In this document: positions 41,001 through 54,635 of the stretch, one piece after another
Layout of the letters: each line of letters starts with the position of its first letter
Numbering within the stretch: position 1 is the stretch's first letter
Assembly (NCBI GenBank): GCA_028534125.1
Contig: CM052832.1
Location: forward strand, 7,194,001 to 7,258,000
Direction of reading: 5' to 3'
Source of the DNA: Lama glama
Taxonomy: Eukaryota
Length of the DNA stretch: 64,000 bases
Translations under genes and position numbers: made by a program
Notes under the pieces: generated by a model
Seen by the model: the letters and a program-made list of their open reading frames with translations, nothing else
Told to the model about the DNA's origin: nothing
Databases searched by the model: none

Positions 41001-41289
41001 TGAACTGCTATGAATGACCACCTAAAGGTCCGTGTTCAGACATGTGTCCATGGGCAAAACCAAAGAAAACAATTTTAATTCAGAAATCAACCAAAGACTA
41101 GGAACACCATATTGTGGACCACTTGGTGGCAGCTACTTTGACAGAGGAAGTGTTCCACCAGGCAGGAATGCATGAAATGCTTTCTAAAGAGAAATATCAT
41201 TGCTTAAGTCGGTAACAAAAGGAAATGGGAGGGTGGTATTCATCGGTGCAGGGAGAGCAGTCTGGATGTTTTTAAAAATTTAATAACAT

Positions 41290-41780
41290 CCTTATGGTGG
41301 AATATTACTCAGTAGTAAACAAAAATGAGCTATCAAGCCATGAAAAGATATAGAGGAACCTTAAATGCACACCTCTAAGTGAAAGAATCCAGTCTGAAAA
41401 AGTTACATACTGTGATTCCAATTATATGATATTCTGGAAAAGGCAAAAATATAGAGATAGGAAGAAGATCAGTGGTTGCCAGGGTTTGGGAGGGGAGGTG
41501 GGGAGAGATAAATAGGTGGAGCACAGGGGATTTTTTAGGGCAATGAAACTATTCTGTGTGCCTCTGTACTGGTGGATACACGGCATTAGGCATTTGGCAA
41601 AACCCACAGGAGTGTGCAACACTGAGAGTGGACCCTAACGTAAACTGTGGACTTTAGTTAATAGTCATACTGGTTCATCAATTGTAACAAGTGTACCGCA
41701 CAAATGCAAGATGTTAATAATAAGAAAAAGTGGCCAGTGGGGACGGTAGGGGCGGGGGGAGAGATATAAGAACTCTGAAG
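41290..41780 (+). mobile_element. L1MC-like 3' region
   Basis: AATGAGCTATCAAGCCATGAAAAGATATAGAGGAACCTTAAATGCA...GATCAGTGGTTGCCAGGG...GAGTGGACCCTAACGTAAACTGTGGACTT. Confidence 0.82.
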
Positions 41781-44700
41781 TCCTAAGGACGACAAATTCC
41801 TGGACAGAAACGATCTTACTCCCTGAAGAACGTCTGAGACATGCAGATGGGCAATTGTGAGGAATACACTTTCATGGGACCACTGAGGCACAGTAAATGA
41901 ACTGACATATCTGAGAATAGTGCAAAGAACCTTCAGTAACAATGAAACTAAAACTCAGCTTTCTTCAGTGAAATTACCTCCACCCTTTTCTCAGATGCCA
42001 GGGAACCACAGAAGCCACTGCGTCGTTAGAAAAGTAACATTAATATTTTTGGTTAAGTTAGGTTCAAGCTCCCCAGCTTTCTTCTACAAAAAGAAAGGGA
42101 TTATAGCAGATCTTTCAACAAAATTTATAACCATGTCTCTGCCGTCCCTGCATAACCGCGACTGCTTCTATTACTAAGTCTTTTCTCCGTGTGTGGGTGG
42201 TTGTAAGTGTGTCAAAAGTAAGTCCTCACGAAAACAAGCAACAAGAACCATGTATAAAGTCAGTTGAACCATGGACGCAGGTTTCAGTCTGCGCTCTGAT
42301 ACCGCAGTCTAGCTACAAGTAACAGCACCTCGTCACACGACCAAGTGTTGTCAGCTCTGTGAGCTGGGCCCACTACCCGCAACTGCTCTAGGAGGAATGG
42401 AAACTGCTTCTTGTGCCCTCCGCATCAGGAACTCAAAAGTGATGATGAACTGAAGCCCAGGTAGGCCCTTGAAACTGGGCCAACACGCAAAGAGAGAAAA
42501 ATATCCTCTGCCCGTGTCAGAAAACAGCCTGCTTTTAAAGAAAGCAAGATGAATTTCAGCTCACAGAATGCAAAACCAACCCAACCAATCACAGTCAACG
42601 GTACACGGAAGAGTACTGAATATTCAATTGGTAACACAGGGCTGGCCTTTGTTTAGGGTCCATTAAATTTAATAACTTCCTCCTCTGTGGCTTTAAACGG
42701 AGAACTTCTTCAAAATAAGAGTGGCTCCTATTAAACATAATTACTTGCCCATGGCTGCGACGGCAGAGGTGCCATCTACCCAACAGGTGGGCCTGAGTAA
42801 AGGAATGGTTCTGCAGTAAAAAGTAGATGCTCTAGTGTTTTGCTGTCGTTGCTTTAACTTTCTGGTTTATTAGTATTAATTGCCGGAGTTTTCCTTTTAA
42901 CCCCTCTGAAGGCGTCACCCACCCCATGAGTTGAGTGGCCCCGCTAAAATCCATGTCCAAACACACCTGGCACATTACTGAAGCCGCTGCTTTCAAACCC
43001 TGACTTGGGGCAACAGATAGAGACTCAGCTGGAAGGGACATTTGAAAAGGACCTGCACCGAACACCGCCAGCTTTGACGTGACATGAAAAAGTCCTCCCG
43101 CTAGGCCTTCAGTGATCAAATGGAGTTTTTCCACTGCAATTTCTAGATTTTGTGGCAGTAATACAATCATTTTTAGTAACTTTATTGATTAGGCTGATGC
43201 CCATTCTGCTGACCTTTGGAAATATTATTGTTTAGTGACTAAGAGTCGTAAAAATGGAGACATATTGAATAGTCCTGTATAGTTGATGAAGTGGAATTTT
43301 TTTAATATTTAATATTTGAATATTTTGAAAGAAGAAATTCAAGACTATTTGCTTACACAGAAAAAAAAAATGACCTTCAAAAAGATTACAGTTCTTAACT
43401 CTGCCTCACATAAAATAATCCTACCGTTGCAGAGAAAAGTCATCCACACGACCTGCGCTGGTCTCTCTCAGGGTAACTGAGACCAACAACCTGTGTTGTC
43501 CCTCGCATCTGCAATCCACGTATCCGTCTCTAAGAGCCCTCCAGAAAGCATCGGAGAGGTCCTTGGGCACAAAGACCAAGACCGCAGAAAAATGCTTGTG
43601 AGACTCCTTCCACCTCGTGCACACCAAAGAGCAGCACAGAAGTAGGTGAATCTAAGACTCACACGAGTGGGACGGGGAGGGGTTATTCACAGTGAATAAA
43701 CCTACGTTCAGTCTCCTTTAGGAGACTAACAATAGCTCATACTCTGACGCATAAGTCAAAGAATGAGAGTCAATAAAGAGTTATGCTTCTTTTTGTAATA
43801 GTATAATTACATAATATACATTTTCAAAGTCAGTAATTATTTATTTACATGGTCTTTTTAAGTGAGCTCCAGAAGAGTAATCATAATCTTGGTGTCAAGC
43901 CTCACTAGTGCTTTGAACACCGAAAATGCCATGGGCGATCACATTATCTCAATGATAAAGACACTATCAAGCTTACTGGTCTTTACCTTGCCACACACCT
44001 TGCTCTTTCATAGCATCGGTGAGAAGCAACTTGGGCTACCTCTGTAGAGGGAATATTCTTTTAGAATCACATGAGATGAAAGGAGATAACATATGAAACC
44101 ACGAGGGGGTGGGGAGTGAGACGTAAATACAGATTATTACGTGATGAGGCCGTGCCTATCATAGTCAGTGTGGTGGGAAGGGAACCAAGCCCTACAGGGC
44201 TTCTTCTGTGCTAGGCGGCTCTAGACCGGTGTCTGCTTGATTTTCATAAGCCAACTGGGTATTACCTAAACTGAATACAATGAGGTAGACCCTCTCAGTC
44301 AATTACGTGACAATAATTTATTGTTCAGCTATAAACTTAAACTGATGCGTCTGCTCTTGTTAGAATGTGGAAGGCCACTCAAGGTTAAGGAATAGTTCCT
44401 GGATCTTTGTGTTGCACCTACGAACTTCAAGACATCTGGTTCTGTATCTGTCTTCGCAGCAAAGCAAGGCTTGTGAGTAATACACCGGTGTCATCTTACT
44501 TTATTTACTCCTCGCTTCCATGCAGGATTTGTGGGAGGCTACAGGCGCTCTGTGGTGTAACATCACATGTCATTATTGTAATTCATTAAGTTCTAGCATT
44601 TGTAGCCACGCTTGGAAAATTACTCAGCAAGAAACGATACCAAAAATAAAAAGAAGTTGTAAAATTGGATTCTCTGAGGGTCTTTAAATAGATTCAATCA

Positions 44701-45224
44701 CAGTCTTTCTTTGGGATGATCTTCTAGGATGAAACAGAATTTCTTTAAGAATATTCCTTTCTGAAAGGTCTCTCTGGTCACTTTTATTTCTCTGATTCCC
44801 AAGTTATGTGCAGGTGTAACTTAACACGTTCTATTTTCTGGCGTTACAATTGAACAGTTATTTTCTCTTAGTGCTTTATTGATTTTTTCTGTATGGCTCC
44901 CAGTTGCTTTTTGGCGTGATAAAAATTCATCATAAGTCTATGGGATAATAATCATCGTGACAGACACAGAGTACTTCTATGTGTTATGCACTGTGTTAAG
45001 TGCTTTATGAATGCCACGTGAATATTAACTCATCTAAATATTTAAATATTTCAAGGAGGTTTTTACATTTTAAACACATTCTGTGACCATACATTTTATA
45101 AAGTAAATAACCCCCTTTGAAAGTTTAGATTTTTATCTACTGATTCATTTAAGCCAGGGCTTGCCTGTAAATTATATATATGGATATACAATTTTTACAA
45201 AACAATTTTAGCTTCCTAATATCA

Positions 45225-45430
45225 GCTACAATCTGTTTAGCACATATTGTGTGTCAGGCCTGCCCTTAACTCTCTACAAAAAGCATCTCATTTAATCCTC
45301 ACAGTAACCCCAAGAGTTAAATATCATATCTCTCTTTTACAAATAATAAAACTAAGTTTCAGAGACATACGAAATTTGCCTGACATGTGCATTAGTTAGG
45401 ATTCAAACCTGGGTCTGAACCTCCAATCCT
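45225..45430. mobile_element. MIR SINE
   Basis: ATCTCATTTAATCCTCACAGTAACCC...TTTTACAAATAATAAAACTAAG...GGATTCAAACCTGGGTCTG. Confidence 0.7.
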
Positions 45431-48099
45431 ACTACCTAAGTGAGGGATTTTATTCTTTCTCATGCAAGATCACACAAGGTTGTTTTGTGAGTCCCTGCAT
45501 ACAGGGACATGAGGGCTGATTTCTCTACACAAAAACATGAACTGTTCTGGAACACATCTCAAAAAGTGAACATAGGACTGCTTGAAGATGCAGATAGAGG
45601 TTAATATTTTAGCTGTCCATGTTCCAGAGACATAGCATCTTGGAACTTAGGGACACCTTTAGATACTGAGGGGAAAAATAATAAGAGAGAAAGTATGCAA
45701 CTTGGTGCCTGGGAGCCTTTGAGACAGGCTCCTCTCCAAGGAGCTTCCCGGGACGGGTCCCCAGGGAAGGGAGAACGGTGCTCACTCCAGGCGACCTGGT
45801 CCCCGGGCCCACCAGGCAGCACCACGGGTGTGGACACAGCTCCGTGCCCAAGAACAAGGTCAGGTAGGCAGGGCTCCTCCGGCTCCCTGACAGCCCGCAT
45901 CAGGTTCTTTCTTCCTGTGTCCCTGCATGCTGACAAGAGGGATTTTCTGTTCTCCTCGCTCTCATGTTTACACAGAACCTCCCACTCCGACACCTTGTTA
46001 CTTTGCCAGGAACAGCTCATAGAAATGTTTGGGGTGGGAGGAAAAAACTGGACTAAACTCAGTTTTAAACTAGTTTAAAGCAGAGGCTGGTTCCTACCTT
46101 TGGCCTTGGATCAATATACAGCTGGATAATTGGCCAGTTTCTGCTCCTACTGCCTCCCCTGTGAAATGGGAGAAGCTGTGTCCTATCCGTTTATGGAAAT
46201 GTTTTAAGAAATTATCAGTAAACTGACTCCAAATAATCTGTCTGTTCTAGAATACACACGTAAATGACGAAATGCCATTTATGTGGCATTTTCCCAGGGC
46301 TATTTTCAATGGTCTTCCCATTGAAGTCATACACGAATACACCTCAGTAAGAAAACGCTGCAGTTGAGGGTCTCCAAAGCCCCACTCACTCCCTGAGGCT
46401 GCCTTCTCCTCTAGGTACTGCCAAAGGACGAACAGTAACATCTGCTTCCGCCACAGAGGATTGGGCAAACGGAAGCCCCAGAGGACCCTAAACAGAGGTA
46501 AGCTTGCACAAATCTGTCCTGGCCACGTGTCGCCTTGGTCCTATGTGAGACAAAACAGACTCAGCCTAAAATACTGCAGAAATGACCAGAACTAACTCAA
46601 CACCATCCAACGCCATCTCACATCAGCCCTGCGTATCCCCCTGTGCCTTACATACTTCCTCGTCTCATTAATTGATGTTTGCCTAAAGGGGGTGGTCATT
46701 CCAGTCAAGGGAAATGATAACTGAAATTCTACACTCCGCATGATTCCCCAGTAAATACCATGCGATGTATGAAACTAATAATAGCGGTCAGAATGAGAAG
46801 TGGTGACGTGGTTTTGCAAAGAACCTTGAGGTTCTCCCTCCCCAACCGACCCCTTCTTTCCCTACTCACCCCTATGGGAGTCCAGCTGCGGCAGAAAATG
46901 TGAAGGCGCTAGGACCGGGGAGCCCTTTCCTGCTATTCGCTTGAGAAACAAAGCCTTCCCTCCTCCCAAGTTGAAAGAAATAAAGGAGTCTGAGCTAATC
47001 AAAACCTGCAAGCCTGCTGGTGGCCGTCAGCTTGCCAGCGGTGCAGCTCAGCGGAGTGAGTAACGGCTTCGAGCTTTGCAGAAAATGAGAGAGGGAGAGA
47101 AAACAGAGACAGAGACACAAACAGAAAGAAAGAGAGGCATTAACCTGGCCAGGAGTCAACAGGTGCACAGAGCCCGAACGCCTCCGAGAAGAGCCTCTGA
47201 CAGACAGAGGAGGATCCAGCTGTGTGAGCCTCTGAGGGGCGGCTTCCTTAGGGGCAGGGCCGCGGTCTGGATGGCCCGGTGTCTCAGAGACTCTTTCTTA
47301 TTCACAGGACTCGTGTGGTTGGCCAAGAGCCTTTAGCTCTCCTCTACCGGCCAGTTAGACGTCTCTGTGGCCACTCTCTGGCTCCCCGTAAGGAATCCTC
47401 CAGGAGAGAGGGGTCGGCCAGAAGGCTATGACTCGCTCTTCCCCCACAAGCCTGGGAACTCGTGGTGCCTTCAGGAGAGGGAGGTGTGAGCAGCAGGCCG
47501 CCACGTGGAGGGCGGCGGCGGGGAGCTGTGCGATTCCCCGAGAGGCTGCCTCATCTGCAGCGGGCCACTCAGAGGCCACAGCTGGTCTCTCAGACTCTCG
47601 CAGCCTCACTGCGCTCCGAGGGGCTAGTGTCGGACCGGGATCTGAAGTTTGCAGGCGCTCTCTCTTGGAACTGGCGACCTGGGACTCCTGGGAGTTCAGA
47701 GCCTCTAGACACAGAGGGCCGGGCCCTCAGTCTGGAATCTGGCTCACAGGCGGATGTTAGGAACAGAAAGAAACGCAAGCAGAGGAAGGCCAGGCATAAG
47801 ACCCTCAGGAGAAGGCCCCAGTTGTGAGACAGCGCCAACCAAAGGGGATGCGATTCAGCAGGGCCAAGGCTGGGTGGCATGAAGTGTCAGCTTAGAAAAC
47901 GATGCCCTCTCTGGTGGGTCAGTCTCTTTCTTGACTTAAATTTAAGTTCAAGCATTTGCGAGCCCCACAATCCAGGTGTGCGGTGGTCAGACCCTTGTCC
48001 ACAGACCTCTGACGGAGAGTTACTGTGAGCAGAGCTAAGACAGCTGGGCCCACCCTGCAGCCCCAACCCCACCCCGGCACGGGAGTGGGTTTTGAGTTA

Positions 48100-48345
<246 letters not shown>

Positions 48346-49474
48346 TTAGAAAGGATAAAGCAGAAAGGAAAAAAAAAAAAAAACAGAAATACAAGAGCTA
48401 TTTCTTTCCCACAACCTCACCCTTTCAGGCCCCATACAGCACAGAGCTTTCTAGACTTTGAGTCTCGGTGAAAGTAACAAAATGGATCGTATGTAAAGAC
48501 TATCTGTCTCCCTCTCACATAAATATTTCTGTTTGGAAAGCCCAACAGTCATTTAGAAAACAATCTGCTTCGGTTATCTTTACAAAGTGAAATTCTATTT
48601 CAGTGGTTTTCTGTATTTTTTTTTCATATTACTCCAACAAACACGTATTACTTATTTCTTTTTTTAAAAGTTAGAAATTTTTTGGACAATCTACATGACT
48701 GAAGGACAGGGAAAACTGTGCCTTTTACTGCTACATGTCCAGCTATCTTTCGGATGTGCTTTTTGGTTTTCACAGAGCAAGATTTCAGGCAGGTCAATGG
48801 GGTGGCACTTTCTGGCCTGGGGGTTAAGAGGTTGGGGTAGGGGTGAGAAGAGAGGGGGCAGCAGGTAAGAAGAATGGGAAGGAGGGGAGTCTGTTACGTT
48901 ATTCTCATGCTAAAGTGACCCCAGAAATTAACCTTTAAGAAAAAGACAAAACTTCATTTCAAAGCCGTCTGAGAACTGAAAAGCTTCATCACCGTCTAGT
49001 TTCACTGTTATGCCCATCAGTTTCTGTCAGTAAGAAAATGACCCAAAACAGAACAGGAAAATGTCTTTAATCCTATCGGAATCTATCTAAAAGATGTCAC
49101 ATTTGGAATGTGACCTAGGGTTACCTACAGTCACTACAATGAGCAGAACAATAGGCAACCAACTGGTTAGAGAGAACTGCTGACAATTAGCAGTATCTTC
49201 TGATGCATCTCTGTGGAGTTTCTTGGAGGTATAAACTCAAAAGAGCTCCTTCTATCTACATAAGAAAAACTGGTAACTTTGCTGTTTGTTTCCAGGGCAA
49301 AAAAAAAAAAGTGTGTATTTCAAACTAAACTGTTTTGTTCTTACAGAATCAAACAGAATCATAAGGAAATTTCTCCTAACTTTTTTTTTTTGCTAATTTT
49401 AATTTTTTTTTTTAATTTTTAAAATTCCAGCATGCCAGGCTATCACAAGACAGCTTTGTGTATTCAAGCAGCCA

Positions 49475-49690
49475 TGGACTTTGGAATGTGCAGAAATTAG
49501 GTTCACCTTCTGAGACTTCTATTTCCTAGCTGTGTGATCTTGGGTTAATTACTCAGTGACTCTGGATCTGTTTCCTCATCTGTAAAAGGGAGTCAGGGAG
49601 GAACGGTATCGGAATCACAGGAGCGTGGGGATTGCGTGAGGAAACCATGGCTAGAGGCACAGGAGGCGCTCGGGAAGTATTCATTTTTAT
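49475..49690. mobile_element. MIR SINE
   Basis: CTAGCTGTGTGATCTTGGGTTAATTACT...TCTGTTTCCTCATCTGTAAAAGGG. Confidence 0.75.
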
Positions 49691-49782
49691 CTTTAAAAAA
49701 AACTCTTGGTGGCACAGGGATAGTTCCATGGCTAAAACATATCTAAACTGGAGTTCATACATTTGGAACAGGTTTAATTTTT

Positions 49783-49925
49783 TTTTAATTTTTTAGTTTT
49801 ACTTTTTTTTAGGTGGGAGGTAATTAGGCCTATTTATTTATTTTATTTTTAGAGGAAGTCCTGGGGATTGAACCCAGGACTTTGTGCCTCCTAAGCTTGT
49901 GCTCTACCACTTGAGCTATCCCCCC
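49783..49925 (-). mobile_element. tRNA-derived SINE, Vic-1-like (camelid)
   Basis: Reverse complement reads GGGGGGATAGCTCAAGTGGTAGAGCAC...GTCCTGGGTTCAATCCCCAGGACTTCC plus an A-rich tail. Possible TSD GGTTTAATTTTT (49771) / GGTTTCATTTTT (49927). Confidence 0.83.
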
Positions 49926-52900
49926 TGGTTTCATTTTTAAATTATTTCCACATCACCTGACGGCCTCTGAAAATGAAAAGCTGTTTTCAAAAACTATAAA
50001 CATACTTGAGTCCACTCAGGTTTAGCTCTAAAAATAAAAATGAGTACAACAAGGCATGGGGTTTTCTGAGATGATTCCTCTTTTAAAGCGTCTCAGGGTT
50101 TGTTTTTGTTTTTGTTTTTGTTTTGTACAAAGCCATTTAGTTACAGCTAGTTCTTGTTTATTTGTTCAATTCATAAACAGTTTATTTAAAGAGTATCTAA
50201 ATAGGACATACTTTTCTTGAGTCAGAATAATGAAATACATCTGGATATTTATCTAATGTTTTACGTATCAACAGATATATATAGATTTCATCCAGTTCAA
50301 TTTTAAGGAACAGGTACCTGAGTTTGCAATTTGAATAAAAGGACTGTCCTGGAAACGGTTAACATAACCTTTTCCTTCAGAAATCTAAAGGCTACTTGAT
50401 CATTAAAGTAATGAACTTTTGTGCTTTAAAACATTCAAGGCTGAGATTGTATAGATTAGCCACAGTTCAAATCTGAGTGAATGGTCCTTGTTATATGTCT
50501 GATACTGATATACCTCCTTGCTTTAACCATTAATGTAGCTCACTATTTAGATAAGGGTAAATGATCTTCAGATGGGAAAAGGGTCATTCTTTACGGCATC
50601 AGAGAGCAACCTCACAAAGGTAAGGCTTTCCCTCAAGCAATATTTTCAAGAGACAAAAGGGACAACAGCCACATAACTAAATGAGCTGGGCACAAGGGAC
50701 TCAAATTTGGATTTGAGCTCTGATCTAACTTCACCAGATGACTTCCTGCATCTCCATTCCTCTTCTGTAACATGTCGTGACCAGAAGGATAGGGCTCTCT
50801 GCCTAAAAATGGGGGGGAAACACAGAGAAATCTAAAGAATGACTAAAACTACAGAAGTTTAGACACATCACAAAGGAATCAGGGAACTGAGCTTGGATGG
50901 AAGACACAGCCTTTCAGCTCTTCTTGTGCTGGGAGGCAGCCAGGTCAGGGGGAGACGAGGGGGCTTTCTAAAGCAAGGATCCGAGTTGGAGTCTCAGCTC
51001 TGCTACTTGTGAGCTGGATGATCTCAGCAGTACTAGCTGGCTCTCTGAACTTCAGTTTCCTCGTCTGGGAAGTGAGGCAGCGTAGCACAGTAACGTGAAT
51101 GAAGCCAAGTGGTCACACGTGCTGGCTGGGCAGACAAGCCCAGGCTTGACTCACAGCTCCCCACTATGCTGAGCAAGTCACTTACACTTTGCAGGCCTCA
51201 GTGGCTCTCCTGTGGAGTGGGGCTCATGATACTAGGGCTGTTGTGGGCATTACATGAACTAGGCCTTTATCTGGTGAATTACTGTGCACTCTTGGCACAA
51301 AATCAGTATACAATAAATAGAAATGATTACTGCTGTCTGTAAAATGAGTATAATTATAACTACTACCATGTTTGTTCACGGAGCTAGGAGAGACAATACG
51401 GGTAAAAAGCACTTTGATAAGTGGAAAGCACTGCATGAGAAGGATGATTATTCTCCGTAGGAGCGCACCTCACACGGCCCAGGCCCTGCTGTGCGATGCG
51501 GGGCGTGTTTCTGATTTGTTGCTCATCTGTTAAGTGGGTGACTTAACACCACCTCAGAGAGTGTCGTATGGATTAAATAACATACAGTGAGCGGCAAATC
51601 ATCATGATTATTCAAGAAAGGTAAAAATCTGACTGTAAACTACCCAGGGTGGCTGGCTTGTCTACAGTTATTCTTGAAGATTTCCAAGATCAGACTCAGC
51701 ACAAATCATCAGTATAATGCCTGGCACACAGTAGGCGCTCAGGAAACAACCACTGAATGCACCTCCCAGGATGCCTGGAGTGAACAATGGAATTTTATAG
51801 TGAAGCAGTACACTTCCCTTTAGGCTACAAAAGAATTTGTATCAGGGAGGGTTGAGCGCTTACATAAACTTCCTGACTGCCAGAATATATACCAGAACAT
51901 TCTATCAAAGGATAGTTTTCCTTTTAGTGGAGGTCCTTCCTGAAGATGTCCAAGATGAGCAAAAAGAACTTCTCTCTCTCCCTCCACAAGTGAGAAGGTC
52001 TCTGTTTTTTGTCTCTCAGGGTGAGCAGCCGGTACCCCTTTCAAGGTCACCATCCTAAGATCCTATGATAACAACCTATTTAAGGAGAGAGAGTTACTAA
52101 AAAAAATAAAACACAAGAACTGCCATATGGGGTTCACTAGATCTAGCCTAAGTAATTTTAAAAGGGAGCAGTAACAGTCTCCAAACACCCAGGCCTTCTC
52201 TAGTACCCTGCGGACAGGGCATCACCCATCCCAGCTCCACCATGTCTTGTCTGTGGGATCTTGGACAAATTACATGACCTATCTGACATCAAGGTTCCTA
52301 ATGTGTGTATGGGGGATAAATAAGAAGACCTCCCTTGTAAGGTTGTTTTAAAGATTAAATGAGGTCATGTAGGAAGGAGCTTGGCAGATGGAAAGAAGCC
52401 AACAAATGTTCACCACTGTTAAAGCACCTGCTTTACTAAGCCTTCAATCTGTATTTAAGGTTCCAGCCTGTAACCTCTTATTCTAGCGGAGGACAATTTT
52501 TAGAAAGCTTCCTATAGTTCCGAAATCCACTATTTGGAGACCATATCTGTGTTGGTGGCGACTATACCCTTCACAATCATTTAACCTGAATCACGTTCCT
52601 TTTTAGTCTTGGTGTCTCCCAGACTGAGAAATCCTAACCTGTTTAGTGTAGCTTCTAATACTGTGCACTTCAACTTTTTTCAAAGTTTTCCTGAAAAAGA
52701 AAAAAGACTATAAAATATCTTGACTTCCTAAATGCCCAATCACTAAGAAATGCGATCCTATCATAAATACATAATTACGGAGTATTTGCTTTGTTGTGGA
52801 CAATTATTAACGCTTACAATAGAGAAAAGTCACCTTAACCTGATATTACAAACGATTTCTGAACTCAGCTTCCTGAAGAAACCCGAGACTTCTGAGCGTC

Positions 52901-54504
52901 ACTCTGAATTTGGATGAGTCAGAGCAGGTGACATGTTTTCAGGCATCACCAGTCAAGCCTGAGGTTACTAGTAGGGAAGAGGGAACCGAGGGCCTATCTC
53001 TGAGATAAACCTACTCGTTAACGACTAACAGACAAGAAACAGCCTTCATCTCAACTTCAGGCCCCCCAGAGCCGGTATAATGCATTCCTTCACTCTGTCC
53101 GTGCAGAGTTAGACTGAAACATTTTGTTTTTTTGAGTCTACAGAAACACGGAGGGAAGTATCGGGTCCTTCTCCTCCGACGTAAGTAAGAATATCCTTGA
53201 TTTTTTGTGTCTTAGAGGACAGAGGTGCCAATAATAAGCCTTGATATTACACCCTGGGTGACCTGCAATTACCTATAAGCACCCACAAGTTTTCAGAAAG
53301 GAAATGAACTCTATGCCACAGAAATTTCCAAAAGACATGAAAACTGCTATTGAACTGCAAATATTTGTAGGGTGCTTTGAAAACTATGATTCATTATTTT
53401 TATAAGGCAACTTCAGAAACAGCATCAGTACTGCTCTTTTTAATATACTCTAGAAATTCAAAGCACTGATGTATATTTTTATGTAGATATGATAATTTAA
53501 AAGAAAACCTCAGGTGTTGGCTTTTTTTAAGGGAACATACTCTTTCATGCTTGAGAAATCGGAAATACTAAATAGCATGTGAGCATTTAATTAAGACTCC
53601 ATCCCCATTTCTCCCCAAACTTCTCTTCTATCACCTAAAAAGAGGGGGAGTTTTAAAGGGAAGTCATAATCAAGTTTGACCTGTAACTTAAACTTGAGAG
53701 AGAGAATCAGGTCTTCCCTATACAACGGGCTGCTGGGCTCACAGCAGGCTGTGACTAGTCAAGATGCCCACAAGGGAGAGGAGAGAAAGAAGCAGAGACC
53801 AAGGGCAGGGCAGAGCTCCCGGCGCGCTAGAGAGGACTCCGGGGAGAAGGCGTCCCCAGGCTCCCCGTGAACGTGCGCCAAGAACCACCACCAGGCTTCC
53901 AAGGTCAGGCTGGCACGTGGACACCTCAGACATACAGCTGCACACTTCCAGAAGGAATTGTGGTGAGAGGAGACCCAGTCTAGCTACTAAGAATTTGGGT
54001 TAAATAAAAAGGAACCAGTCATCTGGCATAAGGAGTCCCCATCAGCACTTGTTCCGACTGAGGCAACATCCACCACAGACACTGTCACCCAAACTGCGTG
54101 GCGTTCCTCACTCCATACAGCTTGCGTGTTAATAAGATGCCGGAGAGATACAGACTGCTGGGTGCAGCGGGCGCTCTGTGGTTGGTGGGGCCTGCCTCTG
54201 ATATGGGATGGGAGCCTTGGACAGATGTGCTTCCCCCCCCCCGGAAAGGCAAGGGGCTCCTGATAAACAGGGCTCAGAAGATGCTCGTTTAGAGCTTCCG
54301 ACTTTGGAGGACACAAAAGCTCTCAGGGAAACAGTAAAATCAGACAATAGTGAGATATTTTGTTTAAAAAAAAATTAACAAGAAAGAGGGGAAATTGTTA
54401 TTTGTATCTCCTTTGTTCCCAATTACAAAGTTTGTATTCACAACTTAAAAAACACACACACATACACACTTGTGCAATAAGCTTATAAGAAAATTAACTA
54501 TTGA

Positions 54505-54635
54505 GTGGAAGATAGGATGTATTGTACAGCACAGGAAATACAGCCAATATTTGGTAATAGCTATAAATGGAAGGTAACCTTTAAAAACTATATTAAAAAA
54601 CAAAAAAATTTTTAATTAAAAAATACAATAAAAAG
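54505..54635 (+). mobile_element. Short L1 3' end fragment
   Basis: TATTGTACAGCACAGGAAATACAGCCAATATTTGGTAATAGCTATAAATGGA...TAACCTTTAAAAA plus an A-rich tail. Confidence 0.7.

Noticed and set aside
45036..45051. 16-bp palindrome AAATATTTAAATATTT
   Set aside because: Pure A/T in AT-rich DNA; expected by chance or slippage.
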